Of a stretch of DNA of 64,000 nucleotides, positions 25,901 through 37,987 are shown one piece after another; positions within the stretch are counted from its first letter, which is position 1; each line of letters starts with the position of its first letter. The translations under genes were made by a program, and so were the position numbers. This DNA is from Moniliella sp. 'wahieum'. Lineage: Eukaryota. The DNA is taken from positions 186,001 to 250,000 of the forward strand of contig RSEE01000001.1 of NCBI GenBank assembly GCA_003971905.1, given 5' to 3'. The notes beneath the pieces are model-generated. The model was not told where the DNA came from. It saw nothing but the letters and a program-made list of their open reading frames with translations, and did not search any database.

Positions 25901-28268
25901 AAGGAAGGAGTGGTAGCGGGAGGGACTGTCTGGCGGACGTGCTCGAGGTACTCGGGTGTGTCACACTCGTCGGGAAAACATTGGCTCGGGACCGCCAGCG
26001 ACGCGACGGACGAGACGGCCAACTCGGGCTCAGGGGGAAATGCGACGTTTACCATGGCCTCGGGTTCCTTGACCACCTCGAGCTCAAACTGCTCCAGAGA
26101 GAGAATGTCAATAGGCGGTCCAGACCGAGAAGGCAAGGAGGGACCCGGGCCAGAGGGCGCCGAGGAGGGGGTGTGGGGAAGAGGCTGCGTACCGCGCGAC
26201 GGGGGGGACGACGAAGTGGGTAAGAGAGGGAGGAGGGGACGGGCTGGGAGGGGAACCGAGGAGGGAAAAGGAATCGAGTTGACAGAGGGGGGCGAGATGG
26301 GGTTAGATGGGTAGTGGGAGGTGGACTTGGGCCGGGGCCCGGGCGAGTGCTGGTGCTGGTGCGTAGTCTTGGTCTTGGGCTGGTCTTGGTGCTGGGGTGG
26401 TTTGGTGCTTGGTCTGGTCTTGGTGCTTGGGCTGGTCTTGGTGCTTGGGCTGGTCTTGGGGCTTGGGGGGGTTGGGGCTGAGGCCGGGGTACAGTCGTGG
26501 AAGGCATATGGTGATCACGGCACTGCACCTTATCAAAGTAAAGGTGTGTGCGGGGGTAGTCGGTGCTGGGGTTGTGAGTCTCAAGGAAAGGGAGCGAGGA
26601 TGAGGGGGTGATGGAGGGAAGTGAGGAAGAAGAAATCCTCAGTTGAGACATGGGAGCCGATCACGACAGGCGCCTTCACCGCTTGGGTCACCAGACCCGA
26701 GGAAATGGGACGCCCGTCTACTACCCTGACGACCACAGGCGACGGCAGCGTGCGAGGAACCAGGCCATGCTGGCGGGCAAAACCATGGTCCATGAAAATA
26801 CTGTTCGCACAGAGTCGACCAAGGCGGTGACCGGGATCGGGGAAAAGGGAGACGGAGACGAGGGGCCAGGATGCAGATGGGCGAGTACCGTGAAAGACCG
26901 AGAGGAGGGGGGACAGGGCCCCACTGCGCCTCAGACAGAATCAGCGGCGGGGCCGAGGAGGCGGCGGGGAGACCTGGACGTGGGGCACTCGGCAATGAGG
27001 TGGTCACGGGAACCGCAGTAGAAGCACGCACCTTGAGCGCGGCGCTCGGTGCGCCGTGCCGCCGTCGGCGGTGGCGGTGGCTGCGCTGAGGTCCATGGGC
27101 TCGGCTTCGGGCGACGAGGGCCGAAACCAATGATTGCCGCCCGATCCCGGGGAGGTTGCGGTACCATGAGCGCCCAACGATTGCGATTGGTCGATGTCAA
27201 TGGCCGCTGTCGCAGTTGTTCGAAACTGATCCGTCCAAAGTGAGCCGACTCGCCGCGGGAGGCGATTGCGTCACGCACCACCGCGGCTTCAAGCCGTACA
27301 GAAAGTGATAGTAGCGGTCCTCATCCGACGCGTTGGGGTTCCAGCGACGCAGCAGAACCGTGAACGTAGCGGAATAGTCCGCTGCAGATCCCGTCTGCCG
27401 AAGACGACCAAACTCCTCAAACGCCTTCAGCGCCGGGTTGCGCTCGCCCCACTGCTCCAGGAAAAGCTGCGCGAAACGCAGGCCAAGACCGGAGGGCGGG
27501 TGTGGTGCGCGCCTCCAGGGGAAGGGCCACCTCCGAACCGAACTGCTCGACCCAAGTGAGGGCCTCCCCCTGCAGCAGGCCCATGAAGCGGTCGATCCAT
27601 GCCGCCGCGCCCAGATGCGTGAGGGCGACGCGCGCGTAAATCTCGAAGGAGGTGACGACGTGCTGGGCCTGGACCCGGTCCCGAGAGTTGGGATTCGCAC
27701 CAGACGACGGGCGGAAACGAACGGGCTCGAACATCTTCGGCTCTTCCGACACCTTGTTCGGGATGGCGGTCAGATCACCATAAGGCCCAGGGGCGGGAGC
27801 GGGGGCGGGGCCCGAGGACACCACGCCAGTTTGAGCCTCCCGTACCGAGGCGGCCAACCGGGCCTCTTCCGCGGCGAGCGCCGCCTCCTCCCGCCGCTGA
27901 CGGAGGCGGTGCTCACGGCGCTTCGCCTCTTGCTCATCCTCGAAAGCGCGGCGCTGGTCCTCCTGGGCTGCAAGGTAGGCCTGGTGTTCCCGGGCCTCCG
28001 TCAACAGAAGCTGGCGCATTCTGCGGGCCTCATCGACCCGGCGCTGAGCGGCCTCGAGGTCCAGGCCGGACAGGTCGGAGGCAGGCAATGTATACCCCGG
28101 GGGCGCGGGCGCAACAGACGGAGCTGCATGGGGGGGTTCAGAGGGGCCAGCCGGGTGGAACCACTCCGGGCCATCGTCGTCGAACGGAGCGTCAGGGGGG
28201 GTCGGACGGGGGTCGGAGCGGGCCGCGCCGCGCGATGGGGTGCGGCGCGCTAGGGTTACTGGGGTCAT
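22922..28268 (-). CDS. Gag-Pol polyprotein of the chromovirus (frameshifted in the assembly)
   Basis: Gag ([25 protein letters not shown] knuckle); protease ALVDS; RT ([39 protein letters not shown]); RNase H LETDASD; integrase ([30 protein letters not shown]); chromodomain [22 protein letters not shown]. Confidence 0.96.
26370..26470. repeat. 18-bp tandem repeat (CTTGGGCTGGTCTTGGTG) between protease and RT, encoding (APRPAQ)n or (QDQPKH)n
   Basis: Repeated units are visible in the DNA and in ORFs 26049-26651 and 26303-26584. Confidence 0.8.
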
Positions 28269-28334
28269 GGGGGTTGTCGTGGATCGAGGACATCTCTGGT
28301 CGGGCTCGCCTGTTGACGGTTAGACGAACGATAA

Positions 28335-28516
28335 TGTCACAGTCGGGGCTAAGGCGAGGGAGACCAGGATCGGACTAGGCCAAGGGGTGTAGCAATCGTT
28401 CGTGGGAAGAAGCAAGAACAGAGGACATGGTGCGAAGTGGAAGGAACAGGGAAGGAGCGAGACGCTCGAGACGAAGAAGAAATTGGAAATGGAGCGAGAT
28501 CAGCCAAACTATGACA
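28335..28516 (-). repeat. 5' LTR (182 bp)
   Basis: Near-identical to 22731-22911 and adjacent to the gag start side. Confidence 0.97.
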
Positions 28517-29987
28517 GTATTCACTCTCTCTTCGCAGCGTAGAAATAAGCGTTGCTCATTTTTGCCAACTCTCAAGTATAAAGCTTGCGGCGAGGGCATC
28601 ACAGGAATTAAAATGCTAGGGACTGTGGCAGGAGGACGTAGTATACCCAGGCGGTGGCAGACGGTGTGGCTGTACCTGTACCACAGAGACAGGATATATA
28701 TACCCACATAACCCAAATGGTCCGTGCGTGTGCTGGGGTGACCGGTACAGTGACCCCTATAATACGACCTCGTAGAGATCTTTTGTCATCACCACAGGTA
28801 TACTAGTAGTACTGAAGAGGTGTGTGCAGTAGTCTCTCTCTATACGCTTGCCACATCCCTGCGATCTTTGGTACTCAACACAGCATTAATCGAATCAATC
28901 GCTTGCTCTGTTGGCTCTCTGACACAAAAATATAACCTTTTAACAACCCCTTGTGGCCCCCGTGACATATAATAAAACGGCGCCAATATCTATGACCACC
29001 CACAGGCGAACACACGGCCCCCCGCACTGTTATTATACGTATACTAGTACAAGAACCCGGGGCAAGTGGGGGACGGTTCTATATGTAGGGGTTAAACGTT
29101 AATATGTCACAAACCCCCACAATGCTCCGTCTCTGTAAAGCATGATATATCTGCCAGGACTTCCCGCGGCCGCAGCAATAGTCCGAGGAGTCATCATTGC
29201 ATCATTACTACTAGTACTAGTATGCAGTAGGAGTATATTGAGCGTACAACGCAGTGGTGAGAACTACACCCATATTGCAGAAACTTATTTTCCGCAGCGA
29301 CTAGTAGTGAGCTCGAGAGGGTGTGTGAAGTGAGTGGAGCACAGCTCATCGCTCCAATGCGCAAGCATTGCGCACAAGCATTGGGGAAGTAATAGCTTTA
29401 CGCTTTTCAAGTTTCCCCCATCAAAAATTCTTCAAATGAAGGCCTCTTAAATGATTCCAATATGTTCTTCTGTGGTTAGTAGTGCAGATCATGGTAATGA
29501 GATTGTGTGTGGGTCACCAGTGTGTGTACAGCCAGACGTTGCAAAGCACCTCGATCATCGACCTAACGCGCTCCCACATTCTCTCCCTATTACTCACTGC
29601 ATGTATGAATGACCGCTGCAGTATGCCGTTATGTTTGACACCGCACACAAAACATACACAACGCAAAAGAACATCCACACCCGGTGGCCCGTCTCCCGAC
29701 GCGCAGCAGGTATCCTCCCGTGGTATCATGCATCATAGCACTCTCCACACTCTTGTGGTAGTAAGAGAAAGCATAATACGATTGACCCTCTCATATATAC
29801 AGCTACGACCATGTTCTCACACAGTTGTGCCCATTGCGGTCCTCGTCTTATTCCTTTAAAACGCAGTTCTTATCCCCGCACAACTCTCCTGCTGACTTCC
29901 TCCCCCCTGTGCGCCACCATCACCAACCCAGCTGCCCCATCACCAGGTCCTTGCCCAGTCCTCTCCACTTCAGCCTTAGGACCCACG

Positions 29988-32900
29988 ATGCAGTCGCAAA
30001 CCCCTTTGAAAGCCTCCTTTCCGCATTCCAAGCCCGTCAAGCCCGCCTCCGGACTGGGATTGGCGTCCGACGCAGTTTCGACCCAAGAACGAATTTCGGC
30101 GGGTCTTACGTCCCGACAACCAACTTACAGGACATCAAACGCGTCAGCTTGCAAGAGGGACAGAAAGAAACCGATCTTTCTGCGAACCCCAAAAAGAAGG
30201 CAGGGCCACAGAGTTCGGTCAGATGCCATCATTGGTTGGATAAAGGCGCGGGCCTTCAATACCCGTTACCTCAACCCCCCGCTGAACTACTCACCCCCTT
30301 CTGTCTACACTTCCAACAATGTGAAAAGGGGTGGATTGGAACGCATAAGCTATCTGCTTCACACTTCTGCCGAGTTTATCGGATTCCAGCGATCGGACAT
30401 TGAGACTCGCACGGTGGAACAAACCGAGCTGGATGAGCACAAGAAACTAGTGTGGGAATACCACTTGGTTTCCTCCATTATTCCAGACAAGTTTTTGGGC
30501 TTTTGGTGGATTCACACAGGAATTGCCTTGGCCACTATCTGTCTGTCTCGTTCGTCGCCCACTTTATTTGGGCGGGGTTCGGTGGAGCAATGCTAGTGGG
30601 CTCAGTGGCCGCCGTCTACTGGAATGCCTCTATGCACCGGACTCACGAGCGGCTCAGGGACAACATTAGACGTGAGCTCAAGGGAAAGCGCATGTCTGAT
30701 CAGTACGAGACTATGGAGTGGTTCAACTTTTCCCTGTCCCGCTTTTGGCCCATATTTGAGCCAATCGTGAGCGGCATCGTGGTTTCTCAGGTCGAACAGC
30801 AGATCCGCCAAATTCTTCCCAAATTGATCCAATCGGTGAATTTGTTCGTTTGTCTCTCTCTGAAAACACACTGCGGAGAAGATAATTTTTCTGACTGTGA
30901 GCAACCAACAGGTCGGAATTTACGTTAGGGAGCAAACCCCCTCGTTTTGAGCACGTCAAGACCTTCCCTGATCCGCCCCATGATTTGGTCGTCATGGACT
31001 GGAAACTGAGCTTTACTCCCAACGATAACATTGACCTCACCGGCAGTCCGCCCAGTTGGTCAACCCATGCATCCGCATCTCTATCACCTTGGGCATAGGA
31101 AAGGCTACGGTTACGCTTCCAAGCGACTTGGTGGACTTTACGTTTCAAGTATCTATTCGTCTGCGGCTCAAGCTAGTTACCAATTTCCCCACACCAATCA
31201 GCCGATGTCACCTCTGTTGGACGCACCGTACTATGACTACGTCTTGAAACCGGTTGGGGGGCGCATGTTTGGATGGGACGTGAACAACATCCTGGTTTGA
31301 CAAATTTGGTCCGCAGCCAGGTGGACAATGTGCTTGCCCCGATGATGTATGCACCCAATGCGTTCACCTTTAACTTCGAGGAGATGTTGGCAGGTCAGCC
31401 TTTTGACGCAGCAACTGGGGTGGTGCAAGTTACATTGACCAATGCGATCGACATTAAAAAGGTCGGCGTCCTAGGAGGCAAGCCGATCCATATGTGACCG
31501 TGTCGGTGGACGACGGGGAGGTGCAGGCCCGAACCAAGACACTCTCCTCCACTAACACCCCTCCTGGAATGAGACGCAACACGTACTAGTGCGTAACCTG
31601 CAAGGGTTCTTGACCATACAACTCATGGACTTCAACGAATTCCGCCCTGACGCGGTTGGGGGCGGTCTCCTTCCCTCTTGACAAGTTTGTCAACGAGACT
31701 GAGCACACCGGCCTTTCCTCTCGCATGACCATGGGTGGGAAGTACCACGGAACACTCAATTACTCGCTGAAATACTTCCCCGTATTGACAGCTACTAAAA
31801 GCCCTGATGGACAACTGGAACCGATTCCGCAGTCTCAAACGGGAATTGTACGGTTAAGTGTATATGAGGCGAAGGACGTTCCAAAGAATGCTTTCGCGGA
31901 TGAACCGTCGACGTGGGTCTGCATCTCGGTAAATGGTACGCAGGTGGGGCAATCAGCTAGTCAGAAGCGGACAAGTGCTCCCAACTGGGCCTACCCAAGG
32001 AGTTTCTATCAACCAAAAGCAAGCTTGCATGGTGACCATTCAGGTTGTCTCATCTGAATTTGGCACCACGTCGGTGGCGGGACAAGTGTCCAAACCACTC
32101 TCAGACTTGATTCAAGCCAAAAACTCTGGAACAAGAGTGGTTTCCCCTTGGAGATGGAGCTCAGATGCGGCTGGCGACGGTTTGGAGGCCTGTACCATTC
32201 CGGGCGGAGCAAATGGGGGGGAGGGGTATACTCGTCTCCAATTGGATACTCAAAGTATGGGCAAGCGTGCGGAGGACATCAAGAATGCCCATACCGGGTT
32301 TGCTGGAGGGAAGAGTCATCCATACGTCCAACTTCGGCTGCATGGGGTAATTATGGATAGGACGTCTGTGCAAGAGGACAACTTGAACCCTGTATGGAAC
32401 CAAACATTGTACAGCCCTGTCCACAGCCTGAACGACTCGGTCTTGTTGGAGCTTCTCTGCTATCAACGCCAAGCTTCCCATCACCCCCCGCTTGGCTGCG
32501 TAATGATTCCTATTGCTGGATTGGCCGAAAGAGCAAAGAGCTTAGTGAGGTCCCCTTCAAGTCACTAGGGAAGGAGCATCATCGCCAGATGATCTTGTTG
32601 GGCAAGAGCCAATACAAGGGAGTCATCGAGTGCAGCGTCCAGTTTATTCCGACACCCAACATTCAAGGGGTGAACTTCCTCGCAGCGCACCGGGAAGGGG
32701 GAAGAGGGATATGTGGAGCATCCCTACTAATGAAGAAACGATGAATAAAGAGTGATGCCGATGCATGACGACCGAGGTGGAGTCAGAAGAAAGCACAGGA
32801 ATGGTGGCACACAATAATGAAAACTATGGCCACACGACCGGAGAATCAAGGGACGAACAACCCTCTCGGAGCTCTTGAAAAAGAGCCAAAGCGGACTATT

Positions 32901-34050
32901 TGTGCTGAATATCCTTTCTGCGGTCGTCGATGCAGACCAAACATCTATTGAGGTGTGGTTTGATGATTTAATCTGGCCTACCTACCAAACCCGTCCTACA
33001 AGATACAGAGGGTCTATTCAGTTGGACGAAATTGTGGAACGAGCTATGGGGGAGCTGGCGCATTCACAGATGTATATTCATTTCCGGAAGGGGACGATTG
33101 AGGGAGAAGGGGATGTTTATGCCAAATTCGAGGGGTCTACTAAGGAAGTGCTAGCCAAATCATTTTACAAGCCTACCATTTTAACCTCTATCACCTACCT
33201 ACGACTCCTCTAACACCAACAACACCATCACATTGATGTCTAAGTTTGTCCCTGCCCAGTGGGACTTGGACTGGTCGGAGCAGTTTATTAACACGGCTAT
33301 CTTACGGTCCGCCTTATATCGGGAAAGGAATTGTGGGCAGCTGAATGATGGCAATTCTCTTAGCTTATGTGTTTTTTACATCCTTGTCGAGGGAGAAAGA
33401 AGGGCTAAGTCGAAGGTAGTGAAGAATACGTCAAGTCCCAAGTTCGATGAGACCTTGGAGCCCATCGTAATTGCCTCTCGTGCGACTCAGAAGGTAACTT
33501 TGAGCGTGTACCTTTGGGATGCGATCGGCTCGTCTGAACCGCTTGGTGATTCGGCAATTCCTCTGACCGCTTGGATCCGGAGCAAGATACCAACATTACC
33601 CTTGATCTTCAAAAATCGGGGACGGGGAAGGGAAAAGGAATGGTTAACGTAGATTTGACCTGGAAACCGGCATGGATTGCTCCAGTTTCTCCGTACGGTT
33701 CCACGGGGGGGCAAAACACTCTTGCCCTCCATACCAGAATGAACAAGGCGGGGCTCAATGCCCAGAATATGTTGGACAGCAAAACAACGGCATCACTCGG
33801 TACGAGCATCAAGATCACAGGATTGGATAGCCATGGGCACGGCTCGCTTCAGTCGCTTCGAAGCATCTCGTTTTCCTCAACCCCTCCAACTTCCTTGCAA
33901 CAAGTGAAGGAGACAACGGAAATGTGCCCTTCACTCCTTCGCGCCAGAGTTCGCTGGCTCCCTCCTTTTCTTTGGGGAACATGGTTGCAGCTGAGACAGC
34001 TGGAGTCAAAGCGCCGCCTTTTATTATGCGAAGTGACAACATCACGAAGC
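29988..34050 (+). CDS. Tricalbin / extended-synaptotagmin-like protein (TM hairpin, SMP domain, multiple C2 domains); many frameshifts
   Basis: RLRDNIRREL..ETMEWFNFSLSRFWPIFEP, FTLGSKPPRFEHVKTFP, DYVLKPVGG.MFGWDVN, APMMYAPNAFTFNFE; C2 motifs PDPYV, SHPYVQL..NLNPVWNQ, KSKVVKNTSSPKFDE. Intron about 30844-30911. Confidence 0.9.
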
Positions 34051-34569
34051 TTTAAATGAGGCCATCCTTCCGTTTTACATTCAGAACACCCATGTCAAGA
34101 AAAGAGAAGATGAATTTGTGGGCACCACCGAAGATTTCACAATATATCTTCATCGGTCTCTCCCCCTTCCACATCTCATCTTATGGGTTTGTCAGTTCCT
34201 TCCTCTTCCCATGTCCTGCCTCACCTGCTCATCCGCTTCCAAGCATTTCTCTGTACTAAGCAAAGAAAAATATATGCTACTCGGTACTCATTCAATTCTC
34301 CGGTGTAGCCACATCATTTATACAGAGCTTAAGGCAGAGTCACTGCCATAATATATGGACAAAAGAATGCCGCCCGCCCAAAGCGACCTGCACCCGGCGT
34401 ATGTTGCTTGTTGGCATTAAACACGTTTACGAAACTAGGGGAGCAGCCCCAGGTCAGGACCCCATGGCGCCTGCCATTTCCTTCCCTTCTCCAAACAGGA
34501 CTCGGGAGCGTGTGCGTGGATACGATGAAGCGTGGCAGGCACCCGGGCTGGGAATCATAGTACCTAGTA

Positions 34570-35440
34570 GTAGTAATTATTGAGACTTATATAGTATCTA
34601 GTAGTATTATTGAGACTTACATTCGTTCTTTCCAGCGTCCAAACCATTTTGCTCGCCATCTTGGTGGCATAATAGTATCATCGTGTCGTCATAACCACAC
34701 GAGAGAAGAAGGGTGCTTAGGTGCGTCCAGTTGGCACGCATTCTTGTTGCATTCTGCTTGTTCCAACAGTTGAGGCAACTCTCCTTCTCTGGCGTTTGAA
34801 AGGTGCTGCGGGGCCCTCATATGCCTCACACCTCTGATACAGAAAAATCACTTCCCGTCTTCCCCACTCCGCAACGTGTATATACTATAGTTCACTACCT
34901 CCATTCCTGATCCTCCGAATGCTCCAGGTCCCATCACTCTTTCGTAATCACCAGGCATCGCCTTCCTCCCACGCCTCAACCCTAACCCTTTTCCCTCCAC
35001 AGTTGGCTCGTAGGGATGTGAGTGTCGGGATGGAGCGCACACACTGGAGGAAGGGCATGTCCGTTCCGATTTGGGCAATGCACCACACTTGGACTGGGAG
35101 CTGGTGCAAGCATGATGTGCTCATCAGCTGAGGACATATGACAGCCACTTGCACATCAGTTACACAGGTTGCACGGAACGGCACAAGTTGTGGAGCTGAG
35201 GCCAATCTGAACCTACCTGCCGCTGTCATGCGCTCGACCATCCGCACGTTACATCCTCCACTCCAACATTATACGCGATGCTACTCCCACAGCTGAGTAG
35301 GGAGAGGCCAGCTGTTGGCAGCTGAACTACCGAACGAGGTCTTTAGCACGCAGACGGTAGATCAGTCCCCACAGGCGATGGGGCGGTTTCCTCTCGTTGG
35401 CTTTTCTAACAACGGAGAAGGACCTATAACCACCTGGGTG
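34570..35440 (-). mobile_element. Internally deleted CRE/Cnl1-like non-LTR element
   Basis: Minus strand reads PLLEKPTRGNRPIACG.LIYRL (early RT motif), then RMVERMTAA, then directly the RLE region (VMGPGAFGGSGMEV..LLEQAECNK), which aligns with 15215-15620. Confidence 0.72.
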
Positions 35441-35747
35441 CCCCGTGCCCCTGTGGGCTTACGCGCTTACGAGAGAAGCGATAGCGTGAAGCCTGCGTGA
35501 TGCATGATGAATGGTGGACGATGGATGATGCCTGTTGCGCGCACCATGAATACCTTACTAGTCACTAGTCACTTGTCACTGTGACCAAGTTACTCAGGCC
35601 CTCAGGCCCTCAGGGAGGGCGCCCATTGCTTAAATGTTCAAGCTCACACTCATGTGGAACCCTCGACAACTGCAAATCCCAATCGTGGCTACGCCTCCTG
35701 GAGCGTCACCACCACCAACGTCACTAACGGTCTCCTTGATGGAGACA

Positions 35748-37049
35748 ATGCCTGTCAACCGCCTTTTCACCAGAGCGCGTCGTAAGGGACATTATGCGCC
35801 AGAAGCTTGTCATTGGCCTCTGTGCATTTGTCTGTCCTCTGGCTCTTCTGGCCTCGGGGCCACTCCAGCCCAAGCCCACCCAAGTCAAGGATTCACCGAC
35901 GCGTGGTCGCGTGGCTGACCTGCACGGCGATTTGGAGCATGCCCATCATGTCTTGCGCATGTGGGAGTAATTGATTCGAATGCTAATTGGGCTGCTGGAG
36001 ATTGACATCCTCGTTTCCACCGGCGACATTGTTGACCCGGGAGACGATACGATTGCTCTTACCGTCTCTTTGACCGTTGCGAGAACAGGCGCCTTTATCG
36101 GGTGGGCGTGTGCTCAACTCTCTGGGAAATCACGAGTTTATGAACGCAGCCGCGGATGGCGCTATGTGACAGAAGGTGCATCAAGTCGTTTGGGGGGCCG
36201 GTTGCCGCGGCGCAATGCCATGTCGGACCAGGGGTGGATCGGGCAGACATGGAGTGCCAACTACTCGGTAAACCATGTCGTATCGCTCCTTCTCCGAACA
36301 CCCTGGTGGCCAGCGCCAGGTCTCCATCCATCGGACCAACCAAGCTACCACCCTCCTCGGGCATCCTTTGTTCACGGCGGCATCACGCATGCTTATGCCG
36401 TCGTGGACCGGTCTAATCAACCAAGTTGGCCAATCGTTCCTTGACCGCCTCCTTGCCATGCCACTGGACAAACTCATCTGGTCATTTACCCCCCTCGACC
36501 CCCAGTGACGAGAGAGAGTTATATGGGTCGGATGGGCCCCTATGGTACCGCGGTTATGCTCTGGACTCGGAAGAAGAAGCCTGTGGGAATGCCGTCCAGG
36601 CATTGGGACGCACTTAGTACGCACCCTTCCCACGATGTGACTGGTGCCTTAGCTCAGGGACCAGTAAACCACCTCGTCATGGGTCACACGCCGCATTTTG
36701 ACGGCCACGTGGTGCGCTGCTCCCAGGCCCAAATCCTGCTCATTGACACGGGCATATCCCGTGCCTATGGAGGGGAACAGAGCGCTCTGGTCTTTGAAAA
36801 CGGACCTTGTTCCCGCGCGGGGGGGTCACAGTCGGTAGCAAGCACTTCAAACTGGGATCTGTTGTCTTTACTGTGGCGATGGACCCTTCCCCTCCCTTTT
36901 ACTGCAGGCGGGGAGGCTGGCGAGGCTAAGAGAGCTCTCGCCTCATTCGTGTGACGCAAACTCAGAAGGTCACGTCATACTACTACGGACGCCTACCCCG
37001 GACGGTCCTCCAGACCCAGCAAATCGTACAACTAGAGCTAAGACTATGA
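35748..37049 (+). CDS. Calcineurin-like metallophosphoesterase (Shewanella-like phosphatase type)
   Basis: ADLHGD, TGDIVD.G, LGNHE, FVHGG, GPLWYRGYA, VMGHTP and IDTGISRAYGG motifs across frameshifts. Confidence 0.88.
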
Positions 37050-37158
37050 CCGCCTATCTCCCATGGGGGCCAGTAACTGATGCACTACCCACACTTGTTC
37101 GCATCCGTAGGCCAAATTACCTCTCCCGTCTTGGCGAGTTGGACATAGGCTACACAAC

Positions 37159-37987
37159 TCAGGGGAAGGATTCCCTGTTCGCGTTGTGCTTTTGCCTTCT
37201 TGCCTTGTGGATGCTTTTTGCGTGAGGAAAACTTAGGTTGTCCCTCTGCGATGGTCTTGGGGCTGCTCGGAGGTGGGGGGTGGGCGCGATGGATTCAGCG
37301 GTTGGTTTGGAAGGCTCTGTAGGGGGACTGTAGGGTTTCCCAGGAGTCAATACGGCCCATTGGATGCCTCCAAAAGGTCGATCCTTGCTCCAGCACTTTC
37401 TCGGGGTCCACATGAACCAAAATGGAGGATGAGGAACGCATCCCGCTGATCACGCCTCCGTCGGAAGGAAGTCCCTTGGCCAGGTGGATATGATTGCGTC
37501 CCATGGTCAGAAGCCCGCCGGTGGTGAGGATCGCTTCCCACGCTGTTTCAGTAGTGCCATGGATGAGAGTGTAGCGGGGCCCAGAAGCCACCACTGCAGA
37601 GGGCGCGGCAGCAGCCAAGTGGTTGGGGAGCGTGGCAGCGGTCAAGCGGGTCATCTCAACGGCATCCACGTCTTTGATACTGTGGCCTTGAACAGCCCGT
37701 AGGAGCCATCCTTCCTGCTCCTGTACAAGCTCGTAGCGTTTCTTGCTGTCAGCGGCAACGAGGGCGTGAATGTCGGCTTCGGTGGGAGCGTGGGTAAGGG
37801 CAGTCCCGTCGTCGCCGGGGAGAGAGGGCAACTGGATCTTGCTCACCCGCGGCACAGAGAGCAGGGCGGAGAGCGGGACGAACCCATCGGGGCGCATGGG
37901 AAGTTTGTGTGCCTGCGCGCCATGACGCAGCAGGTAGGCCAGCGTCTTGGACAGCTGCACTGTCGGCGACTCGGGTGGACGCGGCAT
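37159..37987 (-). CDS. TPT1: tRNA 2'-phosphotransferase (Tpt1/KptA)
   Basis: LSKTLAYLLRHGA, RAVQGHS, IHGT, GLLTMGRNHIHLA, ISGMR, SNG.VLTPG. Confidence 0.95.

Larger units (their letters stand above)
22731..28516 (-). mobile_element. Full-length Ty3/Gypsy LTR retrotransposon (chromovirus, Tf1/sushi group)
   Basis: TG..CA LTRs at 22731-22911 and 28335-28516; 5-bp TSD GTATT (22726-22730 and 28517-28521); polypurine tract next to the left LTR; gag-PR-RT-RH-IN-chromodomain order. Confidence 0.98.
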
